DNA from: the human T2T-CHM13v2.0 reference genome, Homo sapiens | DNA: 64,000 bases | Reading direction: 5' to 3' (one strand) | Assembly (NCBI RefSeq): GCF_009914755.1 | Contig: NC_060926.1 | Shown here: positions 58,831-64,000 of the stretch, piece by piece | Numbering within the stretch: position 1 is the stretch's first letter | Layout: every line of letters begins with the position of its first letter | The notes under the pieces: model-generated | What the model was told of the DNA's origin: nothing | Database searches by the model: none | What the model saw: the letters and a program-made list of their open reading frames with translations, nothing else | Translations under genes and position numbers: made by a program

Positions 58831-59469
58831 GACCACCTCAAAATGCAAGCCATTTGTGCTAACTGATGGACAGCAAGGAACAGAATTTCTAAAGAGAGTA
58901 GATAAGAAAAAAATAGAGAAGAGGAGGTCATGGAATATAAAGCCGAGACTGAATTGCACTTAACTTCTTTTTTTTTTTTTTCTCAAATAATTTGCTCAGG
59001 GCTGGGGCAGCCAGTATCATCTACATGCTCTCTCCCTCAGGGAGGAACCCATCCAACACTAAACTTCCAGAGAAAGAGGCAACTATGGACAGGGAAAAGC
59101 TGTAAATGAAGCAAGTGTCATAAGTTCTTCAGTAACACCCTCTCTCTTATTCAAAAACTTCCAGTGGCTTCCTAGGGTCTAGAACTGTGAGTCCCAATGA
59201 TCAGGCTTGGAATCCTTTGGGAACTCTGCAGTTATTGCAAAGGCATATCAATCTACTTGGTCACCAATTGTTGTTTGCAACCTTAACTTTCTCCTACATG
59301 GTTATGCTATTACTTTCCAAAAATATGTAAATGGTTTTCTGATGAAGATGCACTTAAAAGTGCTACTGAATTAATTCAGAGGACTTTGTGTGTCAATATG
59401 CATTTTCCCTATTAATTAACGGATACTGAAAGTACATGTAACTTCCATCATACAGGTGCTGTGAAACTA

Positions 59470-59720
<251 letters not shown>

Positions 59721-60489
59721 GTTGGGAGACTTCTGGTTCAAGATGATTATTTAATTACCTCAATTTACCTACTCTCCCTCTTAAGATCCTATTTAAATGA
59801 TGGTAAAAGGACATAAAGGTGTAAACTAGCAATAACACAGGGAATGGGCAGAGGGTTTACAGTGGAAGGGCCCGAGAAGTTTCAACATGCTTGTGCAAGA
59901 TGGACAGCTTGAGAGAGCTGTAACTGATGAAGGCAGGTGGAGAAACCCACAGCTCAGAGGGAGTACAGCTGAGAAGGGGAGGGAGGGAGGGGAACTGCCC
60001 TGAAGAACCCTGGAGAGACTTGGGTGTGGGAAAGGCCATATAGATAATGGGTAGCTGCCCACCCTCTGCCCCAAAAAGAAAGCCCGCAGTCCACAAGCCC
60101 CACCTATGCACACTGAGTTTCCAGTCCAATTTTCTATTTTTAATTCTTAAATGTGAGTGGACAGCCACAGTTCAGACATTTGAGGAAAGCCTGTAAGCCC
60201 TCTCTTGCAGCTCCTCCTAGCTTAGCCTCCTTCATCTTCAAGGGCACTGCGGCTCAATCTTCAGATCTCTTCTTTTCTGGCTCCCACGAACACGCCCTGG
60301 GACTCTGTGGTTCTAACCTTGACAGCAACTGAAATTACTCTCATGAGGAGTTTTACAAAATGCTAATTCATAAGCCCCCACTTCCAGAGAGAATGATACA
60401 GTTGGTTAGGGCACAACCTGGGCATCAAGGCTTAAAAACTCCCAGGTAATTTTAATATGCAGCCAGGGTTGAGAACCACTCTCCTAGGT

Positions 60490-61276
<787 letters not shown>

Positions 61277-61659
61277 ATGATAACATTGCTTTAGCCAGGG
61301 TTAAGAACCAGTGGTCTATAGGCTGGCAAATCCCAAATTTGTATCTCAAACCCAACCTGTCCCTTGAGTTCTAGACTGGCCTATCCACTATCTAACTGGC
61401 ACCCGGCTTGGAAGTGGAAAAGTCATTTCAGAATTAACATTTCCAAAACCAAGCTCTTGATTCTCCCTCCCAACCAGCCCCTCCTTGATTCCACTTCAGC
61501 CTTCCCTATCTCAGTAAATGGCAAATCCATCCTTGCAGTTGCTAAGGGCAAAAGTCTTAGAGCCCTTTTTTATTCTTTTGCTTTCTCTCACACCCTACAT
61601 CTGATCCAGGAACAAATCGTGCCACCCTACTGTCAACACTTATCCAGATTCTACACACT

Positions 61660-63830
<2,171 letters not shown>

Positions 63831-64000
63831 CAGTAAATATGCATTTCTTTTCTGAAAGATATAATCACTTCTCACTGCCTCCACCAAACATGCCCCGGTC
63901 CAAATCATCATCATCTCTCACCTGGAATATTTCAAAAGCCTGCTAATGAGTCCCCACACTTCTATATTTCCCCCGTACAGTTTTTTTTGAACAGCAATGA

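Overview
Primate (almost certainly human) genomic DNA, not microbial: it is dense in Alu, MIR, L1, L2, LTR and DNA-transposon relics, with no CRISPR, rRNA or tRNA. The only clear protein-coding sequence is the last coding exon (exon 2) of KCNK12/THIK-2, a K2P potassium channel, on the minus strand (34860-33959) inside a CpG island. Everything to its right is KCNK12 intron 1, and exon 1 lies outside the window. From recall, this places the window on chr2p just 3' of canonical MSH2. The most interesting architecture is a convergent overlap. On the plus strand there are candidate alternative 3' exons for MSH2: a 28-nt frame-switching microexon at 16818-16845, a 118-nt exon open in two frames at 25355-25472, and an in-phase terminal exon at 57747-58087 followed by ATTAAA. 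On the minus strand, tandem poly(A) signals (33852, 29645, 22363) could give KCNK12 a 3'UTR of about 11.6 kb. Other notable items are a TSD-flanked Alu+L2 3'-transduction inside a younger LTR, three trimeric/chimeric Alu structures (one with an AluYa5 body), a MER85 piggyBac MITE with its CSB-PGBD3 palindrome, and a MER53 hairpin resembling miR-1302. Repeat family names and gene-model matches come from memory of consensus sequences, not from a search, and most repeat boundaries are approximate.
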